Shown here: piece by piece, positions 6,721-7,574 of the stretch
Position numbering within the stretch: the stretch's first letter is position 1
Layout of the letters: each line of letters starts with the position of its first letter
NCBI GenBank assembly: GCA_048939465.1
Contig: JBHLPL010000093.1
Location: forward strand, 1-7,574
Reading direction: 5' to 3'
Source: Promethearchaeota archaeon
Lineage (GTDB): Archaea > Asgardarchaeota > Odinarchaeia > Odinarchaeales > JBHLKK01
DNA: 7,574 bases
The notes under the pieces: model-generated
What the model saw: the letters and a program-made list of their open reading frames with translations, nothing else
What the model was told of the DNA's origin: nothing
The model's database searches: none
Position numbers and translations under genes: made by a program

Positions 6721-6990
6721 ATGGCGGAGCTAGATAGGTTCGTGAAGAATTCCTATATCACTAAAAGACAGTTTACAATTTATCAGCTATTAATGAATCG
6801 AGATTTAACCATAAAAGATGTCGCCAAAAAGTTGGGAGTTACTGAAAACACAATTTATGTAACCCGTAGGAAATTTCACAATATCCTAGATAGGGCAACC
6901 CGAACACTTGAAGTCGCCTCAAAGCTGGGTGTAATAGATAGAGAAAGGATTAAAAGGCTTCTTATTGAGAACAAAGATTCTGCTCTGTAG
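6721..6990 (+). CDS. Small helix-turn-helix DNA-binding protein, Tfx/sigma-70 region 4-like
   Basis: SYITKRQ..IYQL...DLTIKDVAKKLGVTENTIY..R....NILDRATRTL resembles the Tfx N-terminal domain. Purine-rich RBS GGGAGAAGGA directly upstream. Confidence 0.7.
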   Translation: MAELDRFVKNSYITKRQFTIYQLLMNRDLTIKDVAKKLGVTENTIYVTRRKFHNILDRATRTLEVASKLGVIDRERIKRLLIENKDSAL

Positions 6991-7039
6991 ACTGATGTCG
7001 GTAGGGTGATCGCGGAAGCAGATGTATCAAAAGCTAAGG

Positions 7040-7050
7040 AAAAAAGAAAG
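7040..7050 (-). terminator. Oligo-T terminator after ahcY
   Basis: CTTTCTTTTTT on the minus strand, 5 nt after the TGA stop. Confidence 0.5.
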
Positions 7051-7055
7051 AGGAG

Positions 7056-7574
7056 TCACTCAGTGCCTGATTTCCAGTCGGAAAGATACTTTATTTGCTC
7101 TTCGGTTAACTTGTCAATCGATATTCCTAATGCCTCCAGTTTGAGTTTTGCAACTTGCTCATCAATCTCTGGAGGAACTTTGTACACATCTGGCTTGAGT
7201 TCACTGCCATACTTTACCAGATACTCTACGGAAAGCGATTGGTCACTGAAGGACATATCCATAACCTTTCCAGCCCATTTATCTTGGGACGCTGGGGTGG
7301 CCTTTTCCGCCTAGAACCATGAATCACGGCTAGCCTGCGGCGGCCAGATTTACTAAACGTCCCTCAGCAAGCAGATATAATCTTCGACCATCTTTTAGCA
7401 TGTACTCATCCACATTTGGTCTAATTCTTTGTTTTTTGACGGTCATGGCCTCCAAATCTGACAGGGCGAGCTCCACATTGAATTGACCCGTTGAAGGAGA
7501 CTCCAACGTGTGGCCTGTGTTGGCAAGTATCGCCCCATCCTTCATCAACTCCATATGCTCCTTACGAATGACAT
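7056..7574 (-). CDS. ahcY: S-adenosyl-L-homocysteine hydrolase, 3' part; spliced from exons 7574-7510, 7482-7335, 7304-7290 and 7267-7056
   Basis: Spliced product: [92 protein letters not shown]...[43 protein letters not shown]. This is the typical SAHH C-terminal half, with frame conserved across all junctions. Confidence 0.95.
7268..7289 (-). other. 22-nt BHB mRNA intron in ahcY (frameshifting if retained)
   Basis: Minus strand: ACC-CCAG-CG|T-CCCA-AGATAAA-TGGG-CTGG-AA|A-GGT, a strict BHB. Splicing gives AGC GAG GTT ATG (SEVM). Confidence 0.92.
7305..7334 (-). other. 30-nt BHB mRNA intron in ahcY (contains in-frame TAG and TGA)
   Basis: Minus strand: TGGCC-G-CCGC-AG|G-CTAG-CCGTG-ATT-CATGG-TT-CTAG-GCGG-AA|A-A-GGCCA. 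Splicing gives GCA GAA GGC CAC (AEGH). Confidence 0.92.
7483..7509 (-). other. 27-nt BHB mRNA intron in ahcY (in frame, no stop)
   Basis: Minus strand: GGCC-AC|A-CGTTGGAG-TCTC-CTTCAACG-GGTC-AA|T. Central helix GGCC/GGTC, two 3-nt bulges, 8-bp intron hairpin, weak exon helix. Splicing gives GGC CAC TTC AAT (GHFN). Confidence 0.88.

Noticed and set aside
647-7314. Remaining ORF-track entries (647-904, 1213-1632, 1532-1870, 3435-3641, 4008-4484, 4746-4943, 4943-5140, 6507-6698, 7006-7314)
   Set aside because: They are antisense or off-frame shadows of well-supported genes or the tRNA, or lie in AT-rich promoter DNA. None has recognisable motifs.
7056-7554. ahcY as a pseudogene split into two ORFs with a 9-aa insertion
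   Set aside because: All three disruptions are precise BHB motifs whose removal restores the conserved sequence and frame. Random decay or sequencing error would not produce this.

Overview
Archaeal chromosomal window, rich in tRNA/RNA/protein methylation genes. The lineage cannot be fixed from this sequence. Gene order: 3' end of probable alaS, DUF434, a tRNA-Arg(TCT) with two non-canonical introns, trm5, DUF371, pcm, gfcR-like, an NSUN6/RsmB-like m5C methyltransferase with a 1-nt frameshift, a Tfx-like HTH, and the 3' half of ahcY. The main finding is that ahcY (S-adenosylhomocysteine hydrolase) is interrupted by three 22-30 nt bulge-helix-bulge (BHB) micro-introns. Cutting each at the canonical BHB positions restores the conserved motifs GH|FNVE and AAAE|GHPSE|VMDMSF and leaves a 15-nt exon. 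The window also holds a ~270-bp non-autonomous IS200/IS605 derivative that consists of a promoter plus a TnpB omega-RNA-like scaffold just upstream of the tRNA. A second, divergent structured RNA ends in the same IS605 right-end hairpin. An unclassified ~350-nt structured RNA (6136-6488) has its own promoter and terminator. All assignments were made by eye; no database searches or folding programs were run.
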